DNA of 29,812 nt from positions 1-29,812 of the forward strand of contig JBFXII010000001.1 in NCBI GenBank assembly GCA_050176095.1, given 5' to 3'. The notes below the pieces were generated by a model. It was not told where the DNA came from and did no database searches. It worked only from the letters and a program-made list of their open reading frames with translations. The stretch comes from Desulfomonilaceae bacterium. GTDB taxonomy: Bacteria > Desulfobacterota > Desulfomonilia > Desulfomonilales > Desulfomonilaceae. Shown here piece by piece: positions 8,019 through 16,909 of this stretch (positions within the stretch are counted from its first letter, which is position 1; each line of letters begins with the position of its first letter). The translations under genes were made by a program, and so were the position numbers.

Positions 8019-8336
8019 ATGAAAAATCAAAAGCAGGAAATTATCACGTTTAAAGTTCCAGAATCCCTTAGAAACGCAATGAAAGGCATACCTAATCGCT
8101 CAGAATTCATAAGACATGCTGTTCTTGCAGCTTTGGGAAGCATTTGTCCGCTTTGTCGTGGCACGGGGGTTCTTCTACCTCACCAAAAGAATCATTGGGA
8201 CCAGTTCTCCGTTGACCATCGACTAGAAGAATGTGACGCCTGTCATGCCATGCATTTGGTCTGCTCCAACAGGGCGCAAGCAACTCTTAACGATTCAGAA
8301 TTTGCGGATGTCAAAATAGTGAATTTTCAAGAATAA
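8019..8336 (+). CDS. Ribbon-helix-helix (CopG/MetJ/Arc-like) transcription factor with a Cys/His-rich C-terminal domain
   Basis: Alternating beta-strand IITFKV, helix A, and helix B NRSEFIRHAV. Then CPLCRGTG, CDACH and C82. First gene of the znu operon. Confidence 0.75.
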   Translation: MKNQKQEIITFKVPESLRNAMKGIPNRSEFIRHAVLAALGSICPLCRGTGVLLPHQKNHWDQFSVDHRLEECDACHAMHLVCSNRAQATLNDSEFADVKIVNFQE

Positions 8337-8349
8337 ATGTGGAGAATTC

Positions 8350-9324
8350 ATGTCATTGAAGAGGCCCAATTTTTTTGTGTTTTTAGTGGTGATGGGATAT
8401 TGTTTTAGCCAACTTGCTGCCCTTCCAGCTAGGGGGGAACAAATTACTGCGTTTACTGCAATTGAGCCATATGCTTTTTTTGTCGAACAAATCAGCGGAA
8501 ACGCTGTAAGAGTCGAAACTTTGGTTTCTAGTGGCAAGGATCCTCATACCTTTGAGCCCACACCATCCCGATTGTCCAAGCTGAGTTCAGGTAAGATTTA
8601 TTTCAAGACGGGGATGCCGTTTGAAGAAAGGTTGCTGGAAAAATTTCCATCGCTTTTTCCCCACCTCAAGGTGGTAGACACAAACAAGGGTATTATCTAT
8701 AGGAAAATGGAAAATGACAAACATGGATCTAAACCACACATTCACGACAACCACAAGAGACGGGGTGAACATAAATCCAAAGATACGAATGTAGCTCACA
8801 TCAATCAATCTGAATCAAGTCATGGGAACAATCATTCTAATTTGGATCCTCATGTTTGGCTCAGTCCTAAGAATGCAAAAATGATTTGTGAAAATATCGC
8901 AGAGACACTTTCAAGCTTTCTTCCTGAGTATGGCGATCTTTTTCGTAATAACACTCAACACTTGAAGCAAGCGCTCGATTTACTTGATTCTAATTTGAGC
9001 GATTCTTTATCAAAGTTCAAGGGCAAGAGTTTCTATGTTTATCATCCTGCATTCGGATACTTAGCTGATGATTACGGTCTTGTCCAAAGGGCTGTGGAGA
9101 TCGAAGGTAAAGAGCCAACGGCCAAGCAATTGGCAAGATTAATTGATTCTGCTAGGAGAGAAAATGTCAGTGTGGTCTTTGTTGCGCCCCAATTTTCCAA
9201 AAAAGGAGCGAATACCTTGGCACAAGGTATTAACGGTGTAGTGGTTGAAATTGATCCGCTTGAAAGAAATTACATAGCCAATCTGGAAAAGATAGTTCAA
9301 AAGATTCATTCGAGTTTGAAATAG
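8350..9324 (+). CDS. znuA: Zinc ABC transporter substrate-binding protein
   Basis: Cluster A-I ligand motifs DPHTFEP, DPHVWLSP and YHPAFGY, a long His-rich loop and a signal peptide. Confidence 0.88.
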   Translation: MSLKRPNFFVFLVVMGYCFSQLAALPARGEQITAFTAIEPYAFFVEQISGNAVRVETLVSSGKDPHTFEPTPSRLSKLSSGKIYFKTGMPFEERLLEKFPSLFPHLKVVDTNKGIIYRKMENDKHGSKPHIHDNHKRRGEHKSKDTNVAHINQSESSHGNNHSNLDPHVWLSPKNAKMICENIAETLSSFLPEYGDLFRNNTQHLKQALDLLDSNLSDSLSKFKGKSFYVYHPAFGYLADDYGLVQRAVEIEGKEPTAKQLARLIDSARRENVSVVFVAPQFSKKGANTLAQGINGVVVEIDPLERNYIANLEKIVQKIHSSLK

Positions 9325-9326
9325 GT

Positions 9327-10106
9327 GTGAATTTGCCATCAGAACAAGTTGAGATTATTAGAATTAAAGATGTTGACTTTTCCTACAATGGTAGTTTGAT
9401 CCTGGAAGCTGTTGACCTCAATATCCAGAATGGAGATTTTATTTCCATTGTGGGACCGAATGGAGGTGGAAAGACCACATTACTCAAGATCATACTGGGA
9501 CTTTTAAAACCTACCCATGGGACTGTTGAACTTTTTGGATCAAATCCTTCACAATCAAAGAAACGTGTGGGATACATGCCGCAGCACGCTAAATTTGATT
9601 TTCACTTTCCTGTTAGTGTGATGGATGTTGTTCTAATGGGACGTCTAGCCCAGTCGCGTGGAATCGGTCCTTACTCTCGATTGGACAAGCAGGTATGTCT
9701 TGAAAAGCTTAAATTAGTTAAACTTCGAAATGAAGCACGAAGTTCTTTCTCGTCCCTTTCCGGAGGTCAAAGGCAGAGAGTGTTGATTGCAAGAGCTTTG
9801 GCATGCGAACCCGCCCTGCTGTTACTTGATGAGCCAACGTCTAATCTTGACATGGGAATAGAAAACGAAATCTACGAGTTGCTTCGTCAGTTAAACAAAT
9901 CTATCACAATTGTAATGGTATCTCACGACTTGGGCTATGTATCACGGTATGTACAAAGGGTTGTGTGCGTAAAAAAGCGAGTAGTAACCCACCCAACCTC
10001 AGAGATAAATGGTGAAATAATAAACGCGATTTATGGAACACCCATGAAAATGGTGCGTCACGACCAGTGTGATTCGGGGAGGGCTGGAAGTTGCATCAAT
10101 TTTTAA
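9327..10106 (+). CDS. znuC: Metal (Zn) ABC transporter ATP-binding protein
   Basis: GPNGGGKT, GYMPQ, LSGGQRQR, LLDEPT, VSHDL, and a C-terminal His/Cys tail (RHDQC...SC). Confidence 0.88.
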   Translation: MNLPSEQVEIIRIKDVDFSYNGSLILEAVDLNIQNGDFISIVGPNGGGKTTLLKIILGLLKPTHGTVELFGSNPSQSKKRVGYMPQHAKFDFHFPVSVMDVVLMGRLAQSRGIGPYSRLDKQVCLEKLKLVKLRNEARSSFSSLSGGQRQRVLIARALACEPALLLLDEPTSNLDMGIENEIYELLRQLNKSITIVMVSHDLGYVSRYVQRVVCVKKRVVTHPTSEINGEIINAIYGTPMKMVRHDQCDSGRAGSCINF

Positions 10107-10951
10107 CAGACCTGAAATCCTATGAATTTCTTCAAAATGCGTTTCTGGCCTCTATACTAGTTAGCTCAGCGTCTGGAGTTATTGGCCCGATTGTTGTCGT
10201 AAGACGTATCTCATATTTGGCTGGCAGTATTTCGCATACGGTTCTCGGAGGTATCGGCGCAGTAATATTTTTCAATACCCTTTACCCTCAGAATAGTATT
10301 GATCCTCTTTGGGGAGCTGGTTTTGCTGCCCTATTTTCAGCCTTGATAATTGGACTGGTGAGCATTCATGCCAAACAAAGAGAGGACACGGTCATTGGCG
10401 CAATGTGGGCCATTGGTATGGCTTTAGGAATTGTTTTCATTGCCAAGACACCCGGTTATACATCAGATCTTATGGGTTATTTATTCGGTAATATTCTAAT
10501 GGTAACTGAACAGGACCTGTATTTGCTTGTTATTTTAGATATCTTGATTCTGAGCTCCGTCATGCTTTTTTATAATCAATTTCTAGCCGTGTGTTTCGAT
10601 GAGGAGTTCGCATCATTACGCGGATTAAATATAGATATTTATTATTTGTCGCTCCTTGCTATGACAGCTCTCACTGTAGTCGGTTTGGTCACTGTAGTGG
10701 GTATAGTGATGTGTATTGCTCTGCTCACCCTTCCGGCCGCGATTGCGAGCTTATTTTCTAACTCCCTTTGGAAGATAATGTTGATGTCAACACTTCTCAG
10801 CATTCTCTTCACGTCATCGGGTTTAATAATAAGTTATTCGCCGGACATTCCCCCTGGAGCAACGACGATTTTGTTGGCCGGAGGGGCTTATTTACTAGCA
10901 TTAGTTTTTAAGAAAATCTCCAGTCACGGATCTATTTTGACACGGTATTAA
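10091..10951 (+). CDS. znuB: Metal (Zn/Mn) ABC transporter permease
   Basis: ISHTVLGG, YLFGNIL, FDEEFA..RG and VGIVM..ALLTLPAA motifs of the ABC-3 family. TTG start overlaps the end of znuC. Confidence 0.88.
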   Translation: MHQFLTDLKSYEFLQNAFLASILVSSASGVIGPIVVVRRISYLAGSISHTVLGGIGAVIFFNTLYPQNSIDPLWGAGFAALFSALIIGLVSIHAKQREDTVIGAMWAIGMALGIVFIAKTPGYTSDLMGYLFGNILMVTEQDLYLLVILDILILSSVMLFYNQFLAVCFDEEFASLRGLNIDIYYLSLLAMTALTVVGLVTVVGIVMCIALLTLPAAIASLFSNSLWKIMLMSTLLSILFTSSGLIISYSPDIPPGATTILLAGGAYLLALVFKKISSHGSILTRY

Positions 10952-13900
10952 TCGACAAACTTTACTGAAACCACTTTTGAAGCCCCCGGTTCTTCCATGG
11001 TTACACCAAACAAAGCGTCAGCTTCCTCCATGCTCATCTTGTTGTGAGTCACCACGAGAAATTGCGTCTTCTGCGATAATTTTCTAAGCATATTGTTAAA
11101 ACGAGCCAGATTGGAATCATCGAGGGGGGCATCAACCTCATCCAGAAGACAAAAAGGAGACGGATTGATCAGGAAAATCGAAAAGATAAGGGCTACCGCA
11201 GTTAAGGCTTTTTCTCCTCCTGATAGTAGATCCATGTTCTGAAACCTTTTTCCCGGAGGCCTAACCAGTATTGAAACCCCGGTTTCCAGAGGGTTCTCGG
11301 TATCGCTAAGCTCGAGCCTTGCCTGACCACCACCAAACAGGAAGGGGAAAATCTCTCGAAACTGTTGATCTACTTTTTGGAATGTTTCTATAAATCTTTC
11401 ACGTGTCGTCTGGTTGATGGCGTCAATAGTTTCATGAAGTGTGGCTACAGCTTTTCTCAGGTCATTTTGTTGGTTTCTCAAGTATTCGAGACGCTCATCA
11501 ACTGATTTGCTCTCTTCTATAGCTGCTAGATTTACTGGTCCAAATAACGTAAGTTCTTCTCTAACTGAATTAATTTCTTGCTCTGAAATCTCCTCAGTAA
11601 ATGCTTCGGCTTCATTCAAATCAATATTATATTTCTCATGAATTTTATTTTTCGCGTTCAAGATGCTTTCTTCAAGTCTAGCATTCTCGACTTCCAGCTC
11701 GTGCAACTGTTGGGCGTTTTTTTTGACCGTCTTGTTGAGATCCTGAACTTCGTGTTCCAAACTTGAACAATTTTCTTGATAGCTATCAACGGCAGATTTG
11801 AAGGATTCTAGCGATATATTTATTTGCCTATGAGACATCATCAATTGCGTTTCTTGAGAACTGACAGCATGTAATTTCTCGAGAAGCTGTTTTTCCAACT
11901 CCAATCCCTTGATTCTCTCCTCGGACAACTTTTTTAGTTGCTGGTCTGAATAGAATATTTTCTCCTGAGCCGAATTAATTTCTCTTTCCAGGGATCGAAC
12001 TCTTTCACTAAATTTTGCTGATTGAATTTTTGTTTTTTCTATTTTCGCCTGTTGATCAGAATTTTCCTGGTGCAGAACATTACCCATCGACTGATATTTC
12101 TGCTTTTCTAACTCAATAGACTCAGATTTCTTAGTCATGGTTTCAATTAAAGAATCCGTTTGTTGAAGTTCATTGCATATTTGACTAATCTCCTTTGCAA
12201 ATCTTGTTTCAGCCATCTCAAAGGTCTGCATTTGGCTGACAGAAGTGGACAGAACATTCTTGAAGTTTTCATGCTGCGACTGCAGCCTAAGTTCCTCAAT
12301 CTTTAATCGACTGATTTCTTCGGACAAGGTTACGAGTTTGGATTTCAATTGATCAAGTTTTCTTTCCTTTTCATCTAGATCAGCTTTAGCTTGATTCAGA
12401 TCATCAATAAATTTAACCACTTTTTGCTTTAGGTCATTAATTTCATGCCTTTTTTTTAAAACTTGCTCTCCCAGAATTTCTTCTGATCCTCCAGAAACCT
12501 CTCCAAATCGGCTCAAATAGTCGCCTTCTTTTGTCACCAAGTTAATTTGGAGACTATTTTGATCCCATATTTCAGCAGCCTTTCTGAAGTCTTCCACAAC
12601 GAAAACATCTTGAAGTAGAAATCCAGCTAAACTTTCGTATCCTGGACGAACGGTAACCAGATCAATTAGGGGCGTAGCGTTTTCTAGACTTTTTGATGAG
12701 TTATCAATTTTCGAGAATCTAGGCTCAATAGGGAAAAAAGAAACCCTCCCTAAATTATCCTTCTTCAACTGATCGGTGAGGGAAACACTATCCATGACCG
12801 AAGACGAGACAATCATTTCAAACCTATTTTGAAGAACGGCTGCTAATGCTTTGTAGTAAGCCGCAGGAGCGTCAATTATCTCACCAACAGGCTCCAAGAT
12901 TTTCCCGCCTTTTAGTTGATTTTTTTGATTCATTATACGTTTTATAGAATCACGATAGCTATGGTAACCCACTTGGATCTCTTCCAAGGTTTGTAATCTC
13001 GAAAGACAGGCCGAATAATCTTTTTCCCTTTCCCGAATAGAGGTAACAAGTTCTTGTATTACTTTTTGGAGAGAGTTTTTTTCTTGGGACAGTTGTTCTT
13101 CTACGTAAGAGTGTTTTTTCAAGGATTCAGAGATGTGTGCTATTTTGTTGAGAAGAGTTTCTATATTTTTTTTTGCAGATTCTATCTGAGCTAGAATCTC
13201 ACCCCTCTCTACATTTCTTCTTTCGAGCCGAACTTCAAGCTCTTGTTTTCTTCTTAGAAGGCTCTCTTTCTTGTTTCTCGCCAGAGCCGATTCCTGCAAG
13301 GATCTAAAAAGATCATCTCGAAGTCTGTTCAGTAGTTTTCGATTTCGGGAAATTTTTTCAGCCAAGTTTGAATGAAGTTCTTGAGCCGTTTCAAGTTCTT
13401 TACGAAAGTTGATTAGCTTGCCTTTGGCTTCAGAGAGGGCCTGTTCAACAAGGGTGTATTCATCTGAAGCTTTGTTCTTGTTTTCATTCAAGGCGATTGT
13501 TTGGGAATCGACATTTTTCAAGAGTGTTCTGACATCACTGAGACGTTCACTGGTTCTCTCGATTCGGTCTCTATTGGAACGCAGATCCAACTCCAAAGAG
13601 TGTTTTTTTTCTAGGGTATCTCTGTAATCTCCCTCGGCCTTCATTTTGACAAATCTCTGCTTCTCCAAGACAGAGTTTTTTTCAATTAATTTGGCTTCAG
13701 CCTGACCTAGTTCGATCTTTAGTGTAAACATCTTTTGTCTGGCGCTATCAAACTCCTGATTCCATCTTGCAACCTTTTGGATAATCATTGAGATTTCCAT
13801 CGATTGTAGTTTCGATAATAGTTTCTGGTATCTTTGAGCCTTCTGCGATTGCCTGCGCAATGAGATGCTCTGTGACCTTACCTCCCCAATAATGTCCGAT

Positions 13901-14481
13901 AATCTCAAAAGATTCTGATTCGTGGTTTCTAATTTTTTTAAAGCAATTTCCTTTCTGAGCTTGTATTTGTTGACTCCAGCCGCTTCCTCAATTATCAGAC
14001 GACGATCTTCAGGTTTAGCAGCCACAATCTGTTCCACACGTCCTTGTTCAATTATTGCGTATGAATTTTTTCCTACACCTGTGTCCAAAAAGAAATCTGT
14101 TATATCCGATAACCTACAAGGTATATTATTAATTTCGTAATGAGACGACCCATCACGAAAAAGCCTCCGACACACCATTATTTCATCATAATCTGCAAAA
14201 ACGGAACTAAATGCCCGGCTTGAATTGACCAGAATTAAACGAACTTCAGCCAATCCAACTGGTTTAAGAGTTTCAGAGCCGTTAAAAATTACATCGTCCA
14301 TCTTACGGCTACGTAAGACCTTTACACGCTGTTCTCCCATGACCCATCGTAGTGCTTCCAGAATATTACTCTTACCCGATCCGTTGGGACCTACTACACA
14401 GGTCACTCCAGGCCCAAACTCTAATACAGTGCTATCTGGGAAACTCTTGAAACCTTTGATTTCAAGACGCTTAATGCGCAT
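10948..14481 (-). CDS. smc: Chromosome segregation protein SMC
   Basis: N-terminal GFKSF and Walker A GPNGSGKSN, two long coiled coils, hinge G-x6-G-x3-GG (GDYLSRFGEVSGG), C-terminal LSGGE and LLDEVDAPLD. Start placed at ATG 14481 (MRIKRL); the track's GTG at 14493 is an alternative. Confidence 0.95.
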   Translation of the reverse strand: MRIKRLEIKGFKSFPDSTVLEFGPGVTCVVGPNGSGKSNILEALRWVMGEQRVKVLRSRKMDDVIFNGSETLKPVGLAEVRLILVNSSRAFSSVFADYDEIMVCRRLFRDGSSHYEINNIPCRLSDITDFFLDTGVGKNSYAIIEQGRVEQIVAAKPEDRRLIIEEAAGVNKYKLRKEIALKKLETTNQNLLRLSDIIGEVRSQSISLRRQSQKAQRYQKLLSKLQSMEISMIIQKVARWNQEFDSARQKMFTLKIELGQAEAKLIEKNSVLEKQRFVKMKAEGDYRDTLEKKHSLELDLRSNRDRIERTSERLSDVRTLLKNVDSQTIALNENKNKASDEYTLVEQALSEAKGKLINFRKELETAQELHSNLAEKISRNRKLLNRLRDDLFRSLQESALARNKKESLLRRKQELEVRLERRNVERGEILAQIESAKKNIETLLNKIAHISESLKKHSYVEEQLSQEKNSLQKVIQELVTSIREREKDYSACLSRLQTLEEIQVGYHSYRDSIKRIMNQKNQLKGGKILEPVGEIIDAPAAYYKALAAVLQNRFEMIVSSSVMDSVSLTDQLKKDNLGRVSFFPIEPRFSKIDNSSKSLENATPLIDLVTVRPGYESLAGFLLQDVFVVEDFRKAAEIWDQNSLQINLVTKEGDYLSRFGEVSGGSEEILGEQVLKKRHEINDLKQKVVKFIDDLNQAKADLDEKERKLDQLKSKLVTLSEEISRLKIEELRLQSQHENFKNVLSTSVSQMQTFEMAETRFAKEISQICNELQQTDSLIETMTKKSESIELEKQKYQSMGNVLHQENSDQQAKIEKTKIQSAKFSERVRSLEREINSAQEKIFYSDQQLKKLSEERIKGLELEKQLLEKLHAVSSQETQLMMSHRQINISLESFKSAVDSYQENCSSLEHEVQDLNKTVKKNAQQLHELEVENARLEESILNAKNKIHEKYNIDLNEAEAFTEEISEQEINSVREELTLFGPVNLAAIEESKSVDERLEYLRNQQNDLRKAVATLHETIDAINQTTRERFIETFQKVDQQFREIFPFLFGGGQARLELSDTENPLETGVSILVRPPGKRFQNMDLLSGGEKALTAVALIFSIFLINPSPFCLLDEVDAPLDDSNLARFNNMLRKLSQKTQFLVVTHNKMSMEEADALFGVTMEEPGASKVVSVKFVD

Positions 14482-14599
14482 AAGCCAACTCACGATGCAA
14501 CTAAGAGATTTTTGGCGGATACTATTAGGAGAGTCAGTTGAAGTAAAGACAAAAGAGCATGGGGCAGTTCTTAAATCTGAACTTATGTAATTTGCCCAA

Positions 14600-15844
14600 T
14601 TATTCTTGGCTGGATGTATCTAAAGAACCTGACAGATTATAAACCTCTACAGCATTTTTTATATTTTTGAACGTCATTGGCCCAAGCTTCTCGAGTCGAA
14701 AAAGACCATTAATTCTCCTGGCTGTCTCTGGTCCAACCAGAATTTGGCCAGGCTCAGATACCGCTGCTAGCCGCGCAGCTAAATTCGTCAAGGGTCCGGT
14801 GGCAGTAAACGTTGTTCTGGCTCCGGCCCGACCCTGAAATCGACTGGTTCCAACAGAAGCTGCTCCAGAATTCATTCCCATATGAATGTTAACGGGCTGA
14901 AATCTACCTTTCAGCTCTATATTTATTGATTCAGTGCGTTTTCGTATTCCTAGTGCTGCTCTGGCCGAGTTGATGGCATTTTTGCCAGATGGACCCTGGA
15001 AAATTACCATCAAACCATCTCCCGCCGTTTCATTTATGTCACCATCGTATTGATATAAGATATCTAAATAACTGGAGAAATATTTTTCAATTACAAAATT
15101 TACCTGTTCTTGAGTCAATGACTCACTAATATGGCTGTAACCCGCGACGTCTATGAATAAAACCGTTACATCAACTTCTCTCTTTTCCAGAGAGGGAGCT
15201 AAAGGATCTTTTTCGACGATTTTCTGCACGGTCTGAGGCACAAATGGCCTAAGATGTCCTAGAATTTGGTCTAATGTAATTTTTTCCTGGGCAACCTTCC
15301 AATGTTTCCTGGCATTCATGATCACGTTCGAAGTAAGTTCAGCCAAATCTTTCAATAGGACAAGGTCCATCTGTGAGATTTTACATTCTTCTTTGGCTAT
15401 GACGTCTAGAACTGCAAGCGCTTGTCCACCATGATAAATCGGAAGAGCTACCTCGGAGAGCCCGTCAGTCGGCTCATCAGTCGTCACTAGCTCGCATCCG
15501 GTCGAATCCATTTCAAAGCATATGTATCCATTTTTTTTCTGAAGAGCGTTATCGACCGCAAAACGCCCCCGTTTGCACAACTGGCAGTTGATGTGGCTGG
15601 AATTCATAGCGCAGCGTAGAGGTCTGGTATAGTTAGCCGCTTCAGGATCTAAAAGCAGCAGACAGACTTCCTTGACATGAGGCAAAGTGGCTTTGGCTTC
15701 GTCTCTAATCACTTCAAGAATTGTGCTGATGTTAAGTGACGAAGTAATTTTCATGGCCACCCTGAACAAATTGTCAAAACGCCTCTGATACAGTTTTTCA
15801 GATGTCTCTAATCCTTCAGCGGAATCTCTTCCAGCATTGGTCAT
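14600..15844 (-). CDS. GAF domain plus class III nucleotidyl cyclase, with a guanylyl-cyclase-like specificity residue
   Basis: N-terminal GAF-like region (ALPIYHGGQALAVLDV), a helical linker, and a cyclase domain with D232 (LFIDVAG), D276 (ETAGDGLM) and N354/R358 (TNLAAR). Confidence 0.88.
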   Translation of the reverse strand: MTNAGRDSAEGLETSEKLYQRRFDNLFRVAMKITSSLNISTILEVIRDEAKATLPHVKEVCLLLLDPEAANYTRPLRCAMNSSHINCQLCKRGRFAVDNALQKKNGYICFEMDSTGCELVTTDEPTDGLSEVALPIYHGGQALAVLDVIAKEECKISQMDLVLLKDLAELTSNVIMNARKHWKVAQEKITLDQILGHLRPFVPQTVQKIVEKDPLAPSLEKREVDVTVLFIDVAGYSHISESLTQEQVNFVIEKYFSSYLDILYQYDGDINETAGDGLMVIFQGPSGKNAINSARAALGIRKRTESINIELKGRFQPVNIHMGMNSGAASVGTSRFQGRAGARTTFTATGPLTNLAARLAAVSEPGQILVGPETARRINGLFRLEKLGPMTFKNIKNAVEVYNLSGSLDTSSQE

Positions 15845-15982
15845 GTTGGCCTCATTTTACGGAAATTTATTCCAGGTCCGAATAATTCAGGTTATATATA
15901 GACCAGTAATTATAATAATCATTTTTTTCATTCAACACCATAGCCTATTACGCATACGGATTATTTGACTTAATATATTGTC

Positions 15983-16486
15983 ATGACGAACCAATCAAAA
16001 AGTGACCATATTCTCATTAGAGAAGGCTCAATCATAGTTAGGCTACTGCAGTCAGAATCTGAGGAACCGACATTGGAGTTTTACGATTTCAAAACGGGAG
16101 TTCGGCTCAAGAAAATTTATCCCCCTTTAAAACCTGTGGAACTCGAGAAAGGATGCAGGATTACTTTGGAAGCGGCTTGCGCTATCATAAAAAATCTTTG
16201 TTTTTCTGATGATCCTGAAACCTCAGAATCTGGAAAAGTAGTTACAATTCTAGAGGCACGTCAACGAAAACTTGATTCAGTGGTAGCTGATTCAATTTTG
16301 GATCAGGCACGCATTATAGCTAATATTTTAAGGGATTACGTTGAGCTAGCTGATCATTGCAACAAGGAAGAGCGATTTTGGTTGTCTCAACAGATCCTTA
16401 CTACGGTTCGAAAGATATCAGGAAGAGAATTGTCTGAGATTCAGGAAATCGTAGAGTGGTTCAATAACATTCAACCGAGGAAATAA
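15983..16486 (+). CDS. Hypothetical protein (167 aa)
   Basis: Open frame in an otherwise unoccupied interval, followed 2 nt later by the next ORF. No recognisable motif. Confidence 0.65.
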   Translation: MTNQSKSDHILIREGSIIVRLLQSESEEPTLEFYDFKTGVRLKKIYPPLKPVELEKGCRITLEAACAIIKNLCFSDDPETSESGKVVTILEARQRKLDSVVADSILDQARIIANILRDYVELADHCNKEERFWLSQQILTTVRKISGRELSEIQEIVEWFNNIQPRK

Positions 16487-16488
16487 AC

Positions 16489-16785
16489 ATGGACAATGAA
16501 CTCAGAAGTGGCGCCGAGACTAAACCGGCTGTTAATGACAATCAAACAAATTCCGAATATGACCCGAGAGACCTGCCAACTCCATTCAAATATAAGGCAT
16601 TGGCAGCCCTTATTTTGATCGTGCCATTTGGTTTTTTGATTGATGGAAGCCAGACTTTTTTTCTAGATTTGGAATGGGAATATATATCCAAAATGACTGT
16701 ATTGATTGGTCTGATTCTTTACATTGTCGCCGTCGGACAATTGGCCGCACGAATTCGAGACTGGAAGGAACGACGATCACTCTGA
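16489..16785 (+). CDS. Small membrane protein with two predicted TM helices
   Basis: GAGG SD. Hydrophobic segments ALAALILIVPFGFLI and MTVLIGLILYIVAVGQLA, and a basic C-terminus. Confidence 0.7.
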   Translation: MDNELRSGAETKPAVNDNQTNSEYDPRDLPTPFKYKALAALILIVPFGFLIDGSQTFFLDLEWEYISKMTVLIGLILYIVAVGQLAARIRDWKERRSL

Positions 16786-16909
16786 TTGATCGTAGATGTT
16801 GTGGACACTTTTTCGAAGATATGTTATTTACTACTTAAAAGAACTTTGTTTTTCATGACATCAATAGTTGAGTGACGAGTCTGAATAACAGGGCCGTTGG
16901 GGCAGCGAA

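Noticed and set aside
10948-14481. SMC-like protein as a defence ATPase (Wadjet JetC, Lamassu) or SbcC/RecN
   Set aside because: It is full length with the canonical SMC hinge G-x6-G-x3-GG, has no Rad50 zinc hook, and has no jetABD or effector partners adjacent. This is housekeeping SMC.
14600-16785. Cyclase plus 2-TM protein as a bona fide Pycsar anti-phage system
   Set aside because: The genes are divergent rather than operonic, the cyclase has a GAF sensor and a purine-type pocket, and no other defence or mobile genes are nearby. Kept only as a weak analogy.
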